From an uncultured Candidatus Saccharibacteria bacterium (GTDB taxonomy: Bacteria; Patescibacteriota; Minisyncoccia; Phycocordibacterales; UBA9973), in NCBI GenBank assembly GCA_964646765.1, contig CAZYIA010000004.1:13887-77886 (forward strand): DNA of 64,000 bases, read 5' to 3'. Shown piece after piece: positions 41,301 to 50,234 of this stretch (position 1 is its first letter; each line of letters opens with the position of its first letter). The position numbers were made by a program, and so were the translations under genes. Under the pieces are notes generated by a model, which saw nothing but the letters and a program-made list of their open reading frames with translations, ran no database searches and was not told the DNA's origin.

Positions 41301-41407
41301 AGCTCGCGGTCATAGCCGGTGTCGTCAGGGGAATACAGCCAGCCGTGGGCTGCGAGATGGGCGCACACTTCCTGCTCGAAGTGGATTTCAGTGTGGAGTG
41401 CTGTCAT
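38333..41407 (-). CDS. hsdR: type I restriction endonuclease subunit R
   Basis: DLVVFVNGIPVATLELK nuclease motif, HSAGSGKT, DEAH, FTATP, QTLSRLNR. Confidence 0.96.
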   Translation of the reverse strand: MTALHTEIHFEQEVCAHLAAHGWLYSPDDTGYDRELALFPEDVIAWLSETQPKEWAKVKTLHNGSSEKTVLKRLAEVMDREGSLSVLRHGFKNVNARFDMCQFKPAQKMNPETLARYDRVRVRVMRQVHYCLSNQNSIDLVVFVNGIPVATLELKTDFTQSVQDAISQYRHGRPVKDPVTKREEPLLAFKRRSLVHFAVSTDEVWMTTKLAGKETRFLPFNLGNDGGKGNPPNPNGYRTAYLWERVLDRDAWLDILGRFVHLEKKQETQPDGTVVEKQGLIFPRFHQWEAVTLLVATARVEGPGMKYLVQHSAGSGKTNSISWLSHQLASLHDDADIKLFDSVIVITDRTVLDSQLQDAIYQFEHKHGVVVRITDEGGSKSSQLVKALADRAPIIIVTIQTFPFVLDAIRDTVTLKGRRFAVIADEAHTSQTGSAAKKLKQVLTAERLAEIEDGAEVDLEEILEAEMAGQVQPDTVSYFAFTATPKAKTLELFGRPDPDGLPAPFHVYSMQQAIEEGFILDVLKNYTPYKLAFKLAHDGQDYDDEQVDQNRALKSLMNWVRLHPHNIAQKVQVIVEHFRANVMWRLNGRAKAMVVTSSRKEAVRYKLAMDKYIKTQGYKDVAALVAFSGDVNDPESGPNPFNESNMNPGLKGRDMREAFATDEYQVMLVANKFQTGFDQPLLVAMYVDKKLAGVSAVQTLSRLNRIYPGKTDTFVLDFVNDPDEILAAFRTYYRTAQLAGVSDPNLIHDLQAKLDATGIYLPEEVDGFAEAYYRKGTQKDLQARIGPAVERFRVRYTEAEQQKDKKAIEALDLFRKDLGGFVRAYDFLSQIVDYGDSDLFKRSLFYKHLAPLIAEEVRHEAIDLSAVLMTHYNLRDLGKRKLGLGDSTDEPATLDPMTGIGSRVPQDPAQALLSEIVGKMNDLFEGEELTDADRINYVNHIAGKMMESEVLAQQAAANQKAQFGDSPDFMNAFEDAVMAAYENHKNMSEQVMGKGHVKKAMAALLLDLVYRGFEEKRREDGRPA

Positions 41408-41847
41408 TTGCCGCAGGCCCTTCCGCCCTGTAGAGCACGGACGCTTTGCCCCTTCTCTTCCAGTTCGAGATCATCAAACCAAGGTTGCTCTGTGCGCGAC
41501 GAGTGCTTGTTTACCTTGGAAGGCTGAATTTGGCTCAACTGCAAGGAATTCGCTCGTTCAAGTGACTGCCTGTGCTCAGCCCTTTTGAAGGAGACGGCCA
41601 CCCATACGTCCGCCTCCTCATTTGACGGCCTAACTTCAACGCCAAGTTCAGTGAACCAGCCAACCAGGCGCCAGCGCATTTCACTAGGTGCATTCCGCAG
41701 CAATATGTTTGTCTTGTCGAGTTTCGCTCCGCTGCCGTTATAGGCTTGTCTGAAGGCCATCAATGCCAAGGTATGCCAATCGTGCAATGAGGTATGCGGA
41801 AATGTCGCAGTTTTAGCGACCATTTCGGTAAAGATATTTTCACGCAT
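41404..41847 (-). CDS. hypothetical protein within the hsd operon
   Basis: RBS GGGAGGG; ATGA overlap with hsdR. Confidence 0.55.
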   Translation of the reverse strand: MRENIFTEMVAKTATFPHTSLHDWHTLALMAFRQAYNGSGAKLDKTNILLRNAPSEMRWRLVGWFTELGVEVRPSNEEADVWVAVSFKRAEHRQSLERANSLQLSQIQPSKVNKHSSRTEQPWFDDLELEEKGQSVRALQGGRACGK

Positions 41848-41928
41848 CACACCCCTCCCTTTCGTTAACTTTCCCCGCCACCGCCGCTGAGAAAAGCTCC
41901 GTGCTGAGCACATGCATTGTTGTCAACG

Positions 41929-43188
41929 CTACTTCTTGATCCAGGGAGACAAGGCAGCAGCGATTTCATCAGGCTTCGCCTTTTCCAACACCTTCTCCAG
42001 CAATTCATGCATCGGAGAAGCGGCATCGCCGCGTTTTAGAAGCATCTTGGAAGGATTGGCGCCGAACGTCCTGATCGCTGACTCTTGCAGCATCTTCAGG
42101 AGTTCAGGATCGCCGCCCATTTCATCCCGATAACCTGTAAACGCCATCGCTGCCGCTTCCTTGAAGGCATAGTCCTCACTTATTCGAAGCACATGGCCAT
42201 ACTGACGCGCCGCGAACCAGGTAAACCAGATAATTGGACCGGCCACCAGAAAGCGAACCAACACGGCCACGGGATCCGGGCTGCCCGCTTTCAGCAAAGG
42301 CAGTAATTCAGCCCAACCGATCCATACGAGCGCCACAATTCCAACGACGAATGCAACCGCCCAGACTCGCCAGGTCCTTTCCAGCTCTTTTCGCTTGTCG
42401 TGAAAGGAGCGCGCTAGGCCCACTTTGTTCGCATTCTCCAGGAGCCCTGCGATTTCATTGCGCCGGTCTTCGAATTCCTTGAATAAGGCATCCTTCTTGG
42501 CAACTGCAGCATCTAGCTCCTGAATCGCATTTGTGACCGAGGAGGCTTCGGCAGTGGCTGTGGATGCCGCACTCTCAGCATTGGTCTTTGCCGTGCCAGC
42601 TTCACGTTCATACCCCTCGATGGTAGTGAGGAGAGACTGGATAGCCTGTACCTTTTCGTTTGCCGTGTTTTGTTGTCCTTCGATCTGTTCGATCAAGTCT
42701 GCTGCGCTCGTCTCCGTCTGCTGGATAACATCCTTGATTTCTCCAGCACGAGAAATCCATTCCTGAGCCTCATTGATCCGGGCGGTCATGGTACGGCTGA
42801 ATTCGGGCGAAAGTCTTTCGGACTCAGGGTGAATCGGCAGCAGCTGGAGCAAGGCGCTTTTTAGCGACCAGAGCCAACTGCAAATGCTCGCAACATTACT
42901 GACGATTTGGCTGGGGTTACTCCAATGAGCGCTGAAAAACTGGTGTATGGCGTTTGGCACCGACTCGAAAGTGTTTCTGTACTGGCTCCAGACAACGCCA
43001 TCGATGTCTTCCGAACGACTAAGCGCCCCCATCAGGACGATTACTTCGTCGAAGGATTTTGTGATATCCGACACGTCCACCCCCAGCCCCTGGATATCCT
43101 CTTGCGGGGTCAGGTTGGGGGCTGCCTGATCCCAGAACCTTTTGGAACCCTCGACCTGGCTGATAGCGCTGGACAAATTGATGCTCAT
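41929..43188 (-). CDS. coiled-coil membrane protein within the hsd operon
   Basis: Helical N-terminus, long coiled coil, two TM helices, EDYAFK..AMAF.GY motif; RBS GGGGGAG. Confidence 0.8.
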   Translation of the reverse strand: MSINLSSAISQVEGSKRFWDQAAPNLTPQEDIQGLGVDVSDITKSFDEVIVLMGALSRSEDIDGVVWSQYRNTFESVPNAIHQFFSAHWSNPSQIVSNVASICSWLWSLKSALLQLLPIHPESERLSPEFSRTMTARINEAQEWISRAGEIKDVIQQTETSAADLIEQIEGQQNTANEKVQAIQSLLTTIEGYEREAGTAKTNAESAASTATAEASSVTNAIQELDAAVAKKDALFKEFEDRRNEIAGLLENANKVGLARSFHDKRKELERTWRVWAVAFVVGIVALVWIGWAELLPLLKAGSPDPVAVLVRFLVAGPIIWFTWFAARQYGHVLRISEDYAFKEAAAMAFTGYRDEMGGDPELLKMLQESAIRTFGANPSKMLLKRGDAASPMHELLEKVLEKAKPDEIAAALSPWIKK

Positions 43189-43206
43189 ATCTCCCCCTGT
43201 TGTTTT

Positions 43207-44523
43207 TTATGCAGCGGCCTGATGTTGTGTCCGTACATCAATTTTTCCCGTGACCGCCGCTGAAATCAGCGCCGTGCGGTGCTCACGCATCAGGTCAATG
43301 GAGCGGCGGGATTTTTCGATTAGGGTATCGAGCTTGGCGGTTTCGCGGTCGATAAATGCAACGATGGCAGATTGTTCTTCTGATGGCGGACTCGTCATTA
43401 GGATGTTAGCTACATCATCTAGGCTCAACTGGATCTTTGTCCCACCATAGCCTTGTGCCTCGAGGTAGGTCTTCCCAACGAATGAGAGCGTCACGTAAGC
43501 AACCCAAGGCGACAGAAAGTACCTTCCTGCTAAGCGGGCCAGTGCAACGTGTTGGCTCACATATGCAGCTTCCATATTGTCAGGGACAACTGCTACTGAA
43601 CCTAGATAAGCGGTGATAGAAAACAGAACATCCCCAGGCAAGACTCTTGTCCTTTCTCCTTCCGTTCCTTCAGGAACCTCCACTCTTTGAATGTCTGCTA
43701 AATCAAGCTGAATAGTTTCACGGGTCAGGTTACCAATACGGATGAACAACGCACCATCATCTGCGTAGTGGTCAGCCCAGCCTCGTGAACCACTTGTCAG
43801 GAACAGCAAATCACGCTTGAGAGGTAAAACGCCCCAATGCGCTGGCACCCCCCCCAACCACTCCACCCCCGAATCCTTCATCGGAGCATCCGGATTCAAC
43901 CCCTTGGTCACCGCATGGGAGATGAGGGCCTGGCGCTTTTCCTGAAGCAGTTCGATCAGCTTTTCCTGCTTGGCGATCAGGGTGTCAAGCCTGGTGGTTT
44001 CGCGGTCGAGGAAGGTGGCGATGGCGGCCTGTTCTTCTGGATCAGGAAGTGAGAGTGAGATGTTTCGCATCTCCGAGTAGTTGGTGCTCCAAAGGTCGGC
44101 AACGATTCCTTTTCCGTATCGATAGAACTCTTCCTGGAACGGATAGCTTCGTAGCAGATGGTGAGCAAATCGCCCATTGATAGAGTCGTATGGCTGGAGA
44201 ACAGTATTGATTAGTGAAGCCGAACCATCCAACTCAGAGAGGCCAGATGAGCCTTTTCGGTCCGACCGGCTGTTGATGACAAAATCGCCAGAGCGAACCA
44301 ACTTCCGGTTGTCTCCATCATCCGTTTTTGCGGCCGTTTCAAGTTGTGGAACGACCCCGCTTTTGGTGACGGAAAGGGGCTGATAGTCCTTGTCACTGAC
44401 CTTCTCGCGGCGCTCGGAGAAGTAGTAGCCAAGCCGCTTCACGTCCCAATGCTCCGGCACCTCCCCGAGCCACTCCACCCCGGAGTCCTTGCAGGCCGGG
44501 TAGGGGCGATACTTAACGCTCAT
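43207..44523 (-). CDS. hsdS: type I RM specificity subunit S
   Basis: Two KDSGVEWLG.VP.HW conserved regions, two TRDs, P..EQ..I..F.D.ET, AVTGKIDVR. Confidence 0.96.
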   Translation of the reverse strand: MSVKYRPYPACKDSGVEWLGEVPEHWDVKRLGYYFSERREKVSDKDYQPLSVTKSGVVPQLETAAKTDDGDNRKLVRSGDFVINSRSDRKGSSGLSELDGSASLINTVLQPYDSINGRFAHHLLRSYPFQEEFYRYGKGIVADLWSTNYSEMRNISLSLPDPEEQAAIATFLDRETTRLDTLIAKQEKLIELLQEKRQALISHAVTKGLNPDAPMKDSGVEWLGGVPAHWGVLPLKRDLLFLTSGSRGWADHYADDGALFIRIGNLTRETIQLDLADIQRVEVPEGTEGERTRVLPGDVLFSITAYLGSVAVVPDNMEAAYVSQHVALARLAGRYFLSPWVAYVTLSFVGKTYLEAQGYGGTKIQLSLDDVANILMTSPPSEEQSAIVAFIDRETAKLDTLIEKSRRSIDLMREHRTALISAAVTGKIDVRTQHQAAA

Positions 44524-44783
44524 CGTCCTTTCCCCGAAAACGCTGAACCCGGCAGCACGTTGTATGGATTTTCTTCACGATATTCGGCCGGCTTGGCACC
44601 TACTGCATTCGCACTGGCCACCTTCAAACAGGCATCGCACAGTTTCACCAGCCCAAAGTTTGTTTCCGCTTGGTATAGCGGCTCTTGTGCAGAACAACGG
44701 GTACAAACGCCTGCGCCTATGGATGTAACGACTTTGCTCTCAAGGCGTATCTTTGCCGGTTTGCGCGTCGTGTTGGATGTCAC
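44520..44783 (-). CDS. small Zn-ribbon-like protein between hsdM and hsdS
   Basis: CTRC...CDAC; 4-nt overlaps with both neighbours. Confidence 0.65.
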   Translation of the reverse strand: MTSNTTRKPAKIRLESKVVTSIGAGVCTRCSAQEPLYQAETNFGLVKLCDACLKVASANAVGAKPAEYREENPYNVLPGSAFSGKGR

Positions 44784-46510
44784 GCCACCACCTCTTGCAG
44801 CAGGCCCATGATCTCGGTGGTCAGCGCTTTCAGATCGGAATCAATCTCCTCCAGCGGCCTCGGCGGCACGTACTTGTAGAAGTGCCGGTTGAAGGGGATT
44901 TCGTAGCCCACCTTGGTCTTGCCGTGATCGATCCAGGCATCCGGCACATGGGGCAGGACCTCGCACTCGAAGTAGGCCTGGATGTCGTCCTTCAGGGGCA
45001 CGTTCTCGGTGTCGCGCAGCGATGAGTCGGGTTGGGGCTGGCCTTTCTGCTTGCCCTTGGTGCCGATGACGACGTTGCCCTGCTCGTCGCGCAGGGGACG
45101 CTCGACGGTGATGGTGGAATAGCCGAAATCGGCGTTGTCGAATATCTTGCTGTGCTCGTTCTCTTCGAACGCGCCGTAGAGCTTCACGATGCGCTCGATG
45201 TCGGCGTCGCCCAGTTCCTTGCGCTTGGAGCCCAGGGACTTCCGCATCTTCTGGTAGAACTCGGCGGCATTGATGAGCTGGATCTTGCCCTGGCGCTCAG
45301 GCTTCTTGTGGTTGGTGACGATCCAGACGTAGGTCGAGATGCCGGTGTTGTAGAACATGTCGGTCGGCAGGGCGACGATGGTCTCCAGCCAGTCGTTCTC
45401 GATGATCCATTTGCGGATCTCCGACTCGCCCGACCCCGCGCCGCCGGTGAAAAGCGGCGAGCCGTTCAACACGATACCGATGCGGCTGCCGCCTTCGGCC
45501 TTCGGCCGCATCTTCGAGATGAGATGCAACAGGAACAGCAGACTGCCGTCGGACACACGCGGCAGACCGGGGCCGAAGCGCCCCTCGTAGCCCTTTTTCG
45601 TGTACTCGTCACGGATGAATTTCTCGATCTTCTTCCATTCCACGCCGAACGGCGGGTTGCTCAGACTGTAGTCGAAGAGCTTGCCGATGAGGCCGTCTTC
45701 GGAGAGCGTGTTGCCGTAGCGGATGTTGGAGATGTCCTGGCCCTTGATGAGCATGTCCGCCTTGCAGATGGCGTAGGACTCGGGGTTCATCTCCTGCCCG
45801 AACACTACCAGGCGGGCCTGGGGGTTGAGGCGTTGCAGGTGTTCCTCGGCCACCGACAGCATGCCGCCGGTGCCGGCGGTGGGATCGTACAGCGTGCGCA
45901 CCACGCCTGGCTGGGTCAATGCCTCGTCATCGCCGGCGAACAGAAGCTCCACCATCAGGCGGATGACCTCACGCGGAGTGAAGTGCTCCCCCGCCGTCTC
46001 GTTCGAGAGCTCGGCAAACTTGCGGATCAGCTCCTCGAACATGGCGCCCATGTGGGCGTTGCTCACCACGTTGGGATGCAGATCGATCGCCGCAAACTTG
46101 CCGGCCACCATGAACAACAGGTTGTCCTGGTCAAGCCGGTCAATGATGGCCTGAAAGTTGAACCGCTCGAACACGTCGCGGACGTTGTCCGAGAACGAGC
46201 CAATGTAGTTCGTGAGGTTGGCGCGGACATTGGACGGATCGCCCAATGCTGCAGCGAACGTCATCGGCGAGGTGTTGTAGAACTGGTAGCCGGATTTCTT
46301 GATCAGAAAACGATCCAGAGCCGCTTCAGGCAGGTCCTTCTTCGCCTGGTACTCCTTCAGCACCGCCGGCTTCGTCGCCTCCAGCACGCAGTCCAGCCGC
46401 CTCAGAACGGTGAACGGCAGGATCACACGGCCGTACTCGGATTGTTTGAAGTTGCCCCTGAGCAGGTCGGCAACCGACCAGATCAGGGATGAAGTTGCGT
46501 TTGTGTTCAT
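44780..46510 (-). CDS. hsdM: type I RM N6-adenine methyltransferase subunit M
   Basis: [36 protein letters not shown]. Confidence 0.97.
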   Translation of the reverse strand: MNTNATSSLIWSVADLLRGNFKQSEYGRVILPFTVLRRLDCVLEATKPAVLKEYQAKKDLPEAALDRFLIKKSGYQFYNTSPMTFAAALGDPSNVRANLTNYIGSFSDNVRDVFERFNFQAIIDRLDQDNLLFMVAGKFAAIDLHPNVVSNAHMGAMFEELIRKFAELSNETAGEHFTPREVIRLMVELLFAGDDEALTQPGVVRTLYDPTAGTGGMLSVAEEHLQRLNPQARLVVFGQEMNPESYAICKADMLIKGQDISNIRYGNTLSEDGLIGKLFDYSLSNPPFGVEWKKIEKFIRDEYTKKGYEGRFGPGLPRVSDGSLLFLLHLISKMRPKAEGGSRIGIVLNGSPLFTGGAGSGESEIRKWIIENDWLETIVALPTDMFYNTGISTYVWIVTNHKKPERQGKIQLINAAEFYQKMRKSLGSKRKELGDADIERIVKLYGAFEENEHSKIFDNADFGYSTITVERPLRDEQGNVVIGTKGKQKGQPQPDSSLRDTENVPLKDDIQAYFECEVLPHVPDAWIDHGKTKVGYEIPFNRHFYKYVPPRPLEEIDSDLKALTTEIMGLLQEVVA

Positions 46511-46649
46511 CCGTACAGATTCCTCGATTGACCATTTCCGTCAGGCAAGCCCGGGGGCGGTGTCAAATCCGGGCCCAAGGGTTGCATGGTCTCCGCTGCC
46601 GCGGTCAGAGGCCGAACAACCGGCCTCCACTCCGTTCCGGCCGGGGGCA

Positions 46650-46797
46650 GACGCCCGAAGGGCGTCCGGGGAGCCACACGTGGCAGGGAAGCCTCTTCGA
46701 GGCCGGGGAGGCGCTTGCGCGCCCGGGGGGACCCGCTTCGCGGGCAGGGAAGCCGCTGCGCGGCAACGGCAAAACCGGGGAGCCGCCTGCGGCGGCT
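46650..46797 (-). repeat. periodic array of minihairpins with purine linkers
   Basis: Seven short stems with gaa/ttc/tgc/ttgc loops separated by cgggga/agggaa linkers. Confidence 0.75.
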
Positions 46798-46860
46798 TGG
46801 GTTTACCCTGAATTGCCAGGCTTGCCCCTCGCGCATCAAGACCACCTGATCGTCCGTCAG

Positions 46861-47214
46861 TCATCCTCTCGCCACCAGGACAACTCCGAGCATGATCATC
46901 CCCACCCCACCCCAGCGCATTATCGACACTGGTTCATGGAGGATCCAGGCACTTGCCACGGTTGTCGCGACGAAACCAAGCGCGATGAAGGGATAGGCGA
47001 AGGAAAGCTCTGCCCGTGACAGCGCCACGATCCAGAGTCCGAGTGCTGAAACATGGAGAGTCCCGCCGAGCCAGATCCACCCGTTGCCGAGTGCTGCCGC
47101 CAGCATGCCCTGTCCGATCGCATGGCCGGCCAGGGCATTGGCTCCGAGTTTCAGGACGAAGTGTGCGAGGGAGGAACAGGCCACGCTCGCCAGGATGATA
47201 AGAATGACCGGCAT
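46861..47214 (-). CDS. EamA/DMT-family small transporter (ArnE/F-like)
   Basis: Four TMs; W..ALSR.ELSFAYP..ALGFV, L.EP.S..RW.G. Confidence 0.85.
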   Translation of the reverse strand: MPVILIILASVACSSLAHFVLKLGANALAGHAIGQGMLAAALGNGWIWLGGTLHVSALGLWIVALSRAELSFAYPFIALGFVATTVASAWILHEPVSIMRWGGVGMIMLGVVLVARG

Positions 47215-47480
47215 CAGAGAAGCACCTCGATCACTTTCGCCACCTTCTTGCGCATCTTGCCCTCGGTGATACCCGCCTCATCCAGCAGGACGGGGAGCAG
47301 TTCTTCACGCATGATCTTCACGACAACCTCCGGTGTTGATCGTGCGCCATGCTCCCATTCCCACAGCCGCGAAGCCGTGTAGGCCTTGCCCGTGCGCATG
47401 CTCAGATACCGTGCCGACGCCGCCCTGCTTTCCTTGTGCCGAATGGTCCGAAAATCGAGCCAGGCCGAGACCAGGCGCAT
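47214..47480 (-). CDS. putative HTH DNA-binding protein
   Basis: AA..L...G..Y..SRLWEWEHG.R.P, a Cro/Xre-like pattern. Confidence 0.6.
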   Translation of the reverse strand: MRLVSAWLDFRTIRHKESRAASARYLSMRTGKAYTASRLWEWEHGARSTPEVVVKIMREELLPVLLDEAGITEGKMRKKVAKVIEVLL

Positions 47481-47496
47481 CCTTCAGAGTCCGCGT

Positions 47497-47682
47497 TTAA
47501 TGGATGTGAGCCGACCCTGAAACAAGGAAATTGCCCCGATGCAGCAACTGGGCATTCGTCGCTTCCTGTGTTTCACGCAGATGTTCGGCGTAAAGACGCA
47601 TCAGGCGCAGCTGCACCTCATCCATTTCCTTGACCGTGTGGTACAGCGCATCCATCTCGTTCTTGTGATTCATTTTGGCCAT
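47497..47682 (-). CDS. small hypothetical protein
   Basis: ATG 2 nt after the RNase H stop (MAKMNHKNE...). Confidence 0.45.
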   Translation of the reverse strand: MAKMNHKNEMDALYHTVKEMDEVQLRLMRLYAEHLRETQEATNAQLLHRGNFLVSGSAHIH

Positions 47683-47684
47683 GA

Positions 47685-48281
47685 TTACCAACCTTTCTTC
47701 AAAAAAGCAGCCGGGACATTTCCCCAAGCCGGGTTCCACTGCAGGATCGGGTTTCGCCACATATTTGCGGCGAGCCATTTCTCGGCCCGATCAACCAGGT
47801 TTGTGGTCTCCTGGTTCGCAGCGGTCCTGGCCAGTGCGGCGCCGCATTTGCGACGACGTATCCAGGCGAGCGCTTCTTGCGAATCACTATAGACCGGGAC
47901 CTCCAGACCGCGCCTGACGCAAAGCGCCAAGGCATGGCACACGGCCAGGAAGTCCCCGATTTCCTGCGTTCCTTCGGGGAGCGGACCGACCCGGAAAATT
48001 TCTCGTCCGGTCGACGTCACTACCCCTCGATACTCCAGCGTTCCGGAAAACCCGGAACATGAAGCCCCCACAGAATAGGAGAACAGAGTAGGCTGCGTCT
48101 CGCCGCGTGGATCAAGAGAATCCAAGGCACGACCGGCTCCGTATGAAGCCAACGCGAGGTTCTCATCCTGGAAGGACTTGAACCGGGCGCCACTGTAGCC
48201 CTTCACCTGGCTTTCGCATTCCTTCCAGGAGCGATAAATTCCCGGAGTCCTGCCTGCCCAGACAACATAGAATGCCACCAC
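47685..48281 (-). CDS. RNase H1-like protein with N-terminal hybrid-binding (viroplasmin/Cauli_VI) domain; catalytic residues degenerate
   Basis: FYVVWAGRTPGIYRSWKEC..QVKGY.GA.FKSF, then an RNase H fold (EYRGV, FLAV.HALA, YSDS..A.AW). Confidence 0.85.
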   Translation of the reverse strand: MVAFYVVWAGRTPGIYRSWKECESQVKGYSGARFKSFQDENLALASYGAGRALDSLDPRGETQPTLFSYSVGASCSGFSGTLEYRGVVTSTGREIFRVGPLPEGTQEIGDFLAVCHALALCVRRGLEVPVYSDSQEALAWIRRRKCGAALARTAANQETTNLVDRAEKWLAANMWRNPILQWNPAWGNVPAAFLKKGW

Positions 48282-48341
48282 TGTCCCCTGCCGCTCCGCG
48301 TCCGTGGAGAAAGAACGGCAAATCGTTGGACATATTATATA

Positions 48342-48370
48342 CCCAGATTTGGGAACTTCCCAAATTTGGG
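48342..48370. promoter_or_regulatory. tandem palindromic operator-like sites
   Basis: cccagatttggg and cccaaatttggg lie 5 nt apart between divergent genes. Confidence 0.5.
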
Positions 48371-48453
48371 CGGCTGATGAAGAACGCCGGCGGAATGCCT
48401 ATTGGCGCAACGGATATCGGAGAACAAGGACTGACAGTTGAAAAGGAGACATC

Positions 48454-49107
48454 ATGAAAATTCTTGTGAACCTGACCGCCGCGTTCATGCTCGCGGTTTT
48501 TTCCCTACCGGCGTTTTCGGCAACGACCTCGCCCGTCAAATCTTTCGTGGCAGGCGCGCTGGATGTACGGGAGATCGACAAGTCGATGCGCGTTTACGCC
48601 GAGTACGAAGGCGAGGAAGAAATCACGGAAGCCTTGCGCCAGAGAATCGGCGAACTCGGTTTTCCGCTGGCATCATCCGCCGACGACGCAAAACTGATTT
48701 TCCGGGTGATTCCGCTCTACCTCGGCAAGGCGTCTGATCGCCCCAAGGCTGGCGCCTACGACGGCGCCCACAATACCCAGGGCATTGCGTTGGGCAGGTT
48801 GCTGTTGGGGATCGCACTCGGCGCCGCGCTCGACATCAAGCTGGTCGAAGGCATGCCGATGAGCCGCGCGGAGCCAGTGATCAGCTACTGGACGGGCACC
48901 TTGCGGGATACGGGCGTAATAAGCGAAGTCGAGCATACCTTCAAGCCGACAAGAAAAGCGCAGGAAGCCATCGTTTCACGTGTCGATCTGACTGTAAATG
49001 GTGTCGCACAGAGCGCGCAAGTGGTCAGCGAATCATTCGCCAAAGATGTTCCGCAGGCGATGCTTGTCTCGGAAAACCTGCGGCAGATTCTTTGGTATCT
49101 CGAATAA
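48454..49107 (+). CDS. secreted protein with glycine-zipper-like hydrophobic segment
   Basis: RBS AAGGAG, Sec signal ending AFSA, GIALG.LLLGIALGAAL segment. Confidence 0.7.
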   Translation: MKILVNLTAAFMLAVFSLPAFSATTSPVKSFVAGALDVREIDKSMRVYAEYEGEEEITEALRQRIGELGFPLASSADDAKLIFRVIPLYLGKASDRPKAGAYDGAHNTQGIALGRLLLGIALGAALDIKLVEGMPMSRAEPVISYWTGTLRDTGVISEVEHTFKPTRKAQEAIVSRVDLTVNGVAQSAQVVSESFAKDVPQAMLVSENLRQILWYLE

Positions 49108-49111
49108 TCCC

Positions 49112-49147
49112 AAGCCCCGCGTCTGGTTCTTCCAGCCGGGGCTTTTT
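49112..49147 (+). terminator. terminator hairpin, member of the dispersed family
   Basis: aagcccc-gcgtctgg-ttctt-ccagcc-ggggctt-ttt. Confidence 0.7.
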
Positions 49148-49365
49148 CAACGTCCGTGCGGTGCCGGCGTATCTGCGCCACACGACCAACAACCGAATTG
49201 GTCCATGTCCGGCTCCCACGGCATCCCGCATTTGCATCTGCGGGGCTGTTCGCAAGGCTCGCCGTTGTCGGCCCAGCGTTTCACACCGTCGCGCCCCATC
49301 ACCCATGGACGAGCTGCCCCGCGCGCCAGATCCACCTTCGTGCCGAATCCACGAGTAATCGCCAT
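49147..49365 (-). CDS. small Cys-containing hypothetical protein
   Basis: GGAG RBS; CKCG...CWSCG. Confidence 0.45.
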   Translation of the reverse strand: MAITRGFGTKVDLARGAARPWVMGRDGVKRWADNGEPCEQPRRCKCGMPWEPDMDQFGCWSCGADTPAPHGR

Positions 49366-49403
49366 CTTTTACTCCATCCCTCTGATTGTTCGGGCCGGCC
49401 GCC

Positions 49404-49685
49404 TCAATCTTGAGGGTCGTGCGCCATATGTTTGCCGCAAGTATTCCGGTACCCGCCCCATGCGTCCGAGTCGTCGCCAGTTGGCCAGCCGCATCCTGCG
49501 CGGCTATTGCAGCCCGGCTCATCGCACAGCACTTCGAAGCCTTCGTCGCACTGCTTGCATTCCGGACACGCTTTCAGTTCGTCGGTTTCAGCGAATGGGC
49601 TGGGTGCGGTCAGCAGTTCCGTCTCAACCGTCACCGCGCCGCAAACACTACACTTCCATCGCTGTTTTTCCCTGATTCGCCCCAC
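49404..49685 (-). CDS. Cys-rich Zn-finger-like hypothetical protein
   Basis: CSVC, CPEC, CDEPGC, C..H; AGGAGG RBS. Confidence 0.6.
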   Translation of the reverse strand: MGRIREKQRWKCSVCGAVTVETELLTAPSPFAETDELKACPECKQCDEGFEVLCDEPGCNSRAGCGWPTGDDSDAWGGYRNTCGKHMAHDPQD

Positions 49686-49721
49686 GCCACCTCCTGTCGC
49701 CCACCGGGGGCGCAGCTTAGG

Positions 49722-50234
49722 CTAATCGGATGCACTAAACACCTGCAAGGAGGACTCCGTGCTCCCCTCCTGCTTCGTCTGCGCTGTGGCAGCCTTGAAA
49801 ACGGCTCGCCGGAATTCCCTCGGGTTGATGACATAGCGAACCGGAAAGACCTCCGTACCCACACCACGGACTTGCGCCGTCCCGTAGCCAAGGAAGCGCC
49901 CGATCAAGCTTTGGTCAACCTCTACGCCTTCCACGCGTGACAGGTACATGATCGCGCTCTTCTGCCACAGCCAACCCACCTTGATGACGACTCGTTGATC
50001 CGTTACCGCGAGCTCATTCGCGTTCCGCATGATCCTGGAAATGAACCACGTGGCCAGCCCGGCGCCGGCGGCAAACGTCGGCGCCAGAACAGGGAACCGC
50101 TGTTCGTACAAAGTCCACGCAGCAGCGAGCAGTGCGGTGGCAATCAGCATGTTCACGACATATCCCCAGTACGACACAGTCGTCTGGTACAGGATTTCCT
50201 CGCCCTCTACGAGACTGTCCGCGACATAGGACAT
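49722..50234 (-). CDS. bacterial PH-domain (bPH_2-like) membrane protein
   Basis: SYV..SL..GE.ILY, two TMs, ELAVTDQRVVIK.G, QS..GR.LGYGT; start at MSYVADS. Confidence 0.85.
   Translation of the reverse strand: MSYVADSLVEGEEILYQTTVSYWGYVVNMLIATALLAAAWTLYEQRFPVLAPTFAAGAGLATWFISRIMRNANELAVTDQRVVIKVGWLWQKSAIMYLSRVEGVEVDQSLIGRFLGYGTAQVRGVGTEVFPVRYVINPREFRRAVFKAATAQTKQEGSTESSLQVFSASD

Noticed and set aside
43840-44490. Repeated KDSGVEWLG-coding sequence in hsdS
   Set aside because: This is the normal two-fold conserved-region architecture of HsdS. No inverted hsdS copies or invertase suggest phase variation.
46650-46797. Minihairpin array as a CRISPR array or CsrB/RsmZ RNA
   Set aside because: The units are too short for CRISPR, and the GGA motifs lie in linkers rather than loops. 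It is kept only as an unexplained structure.
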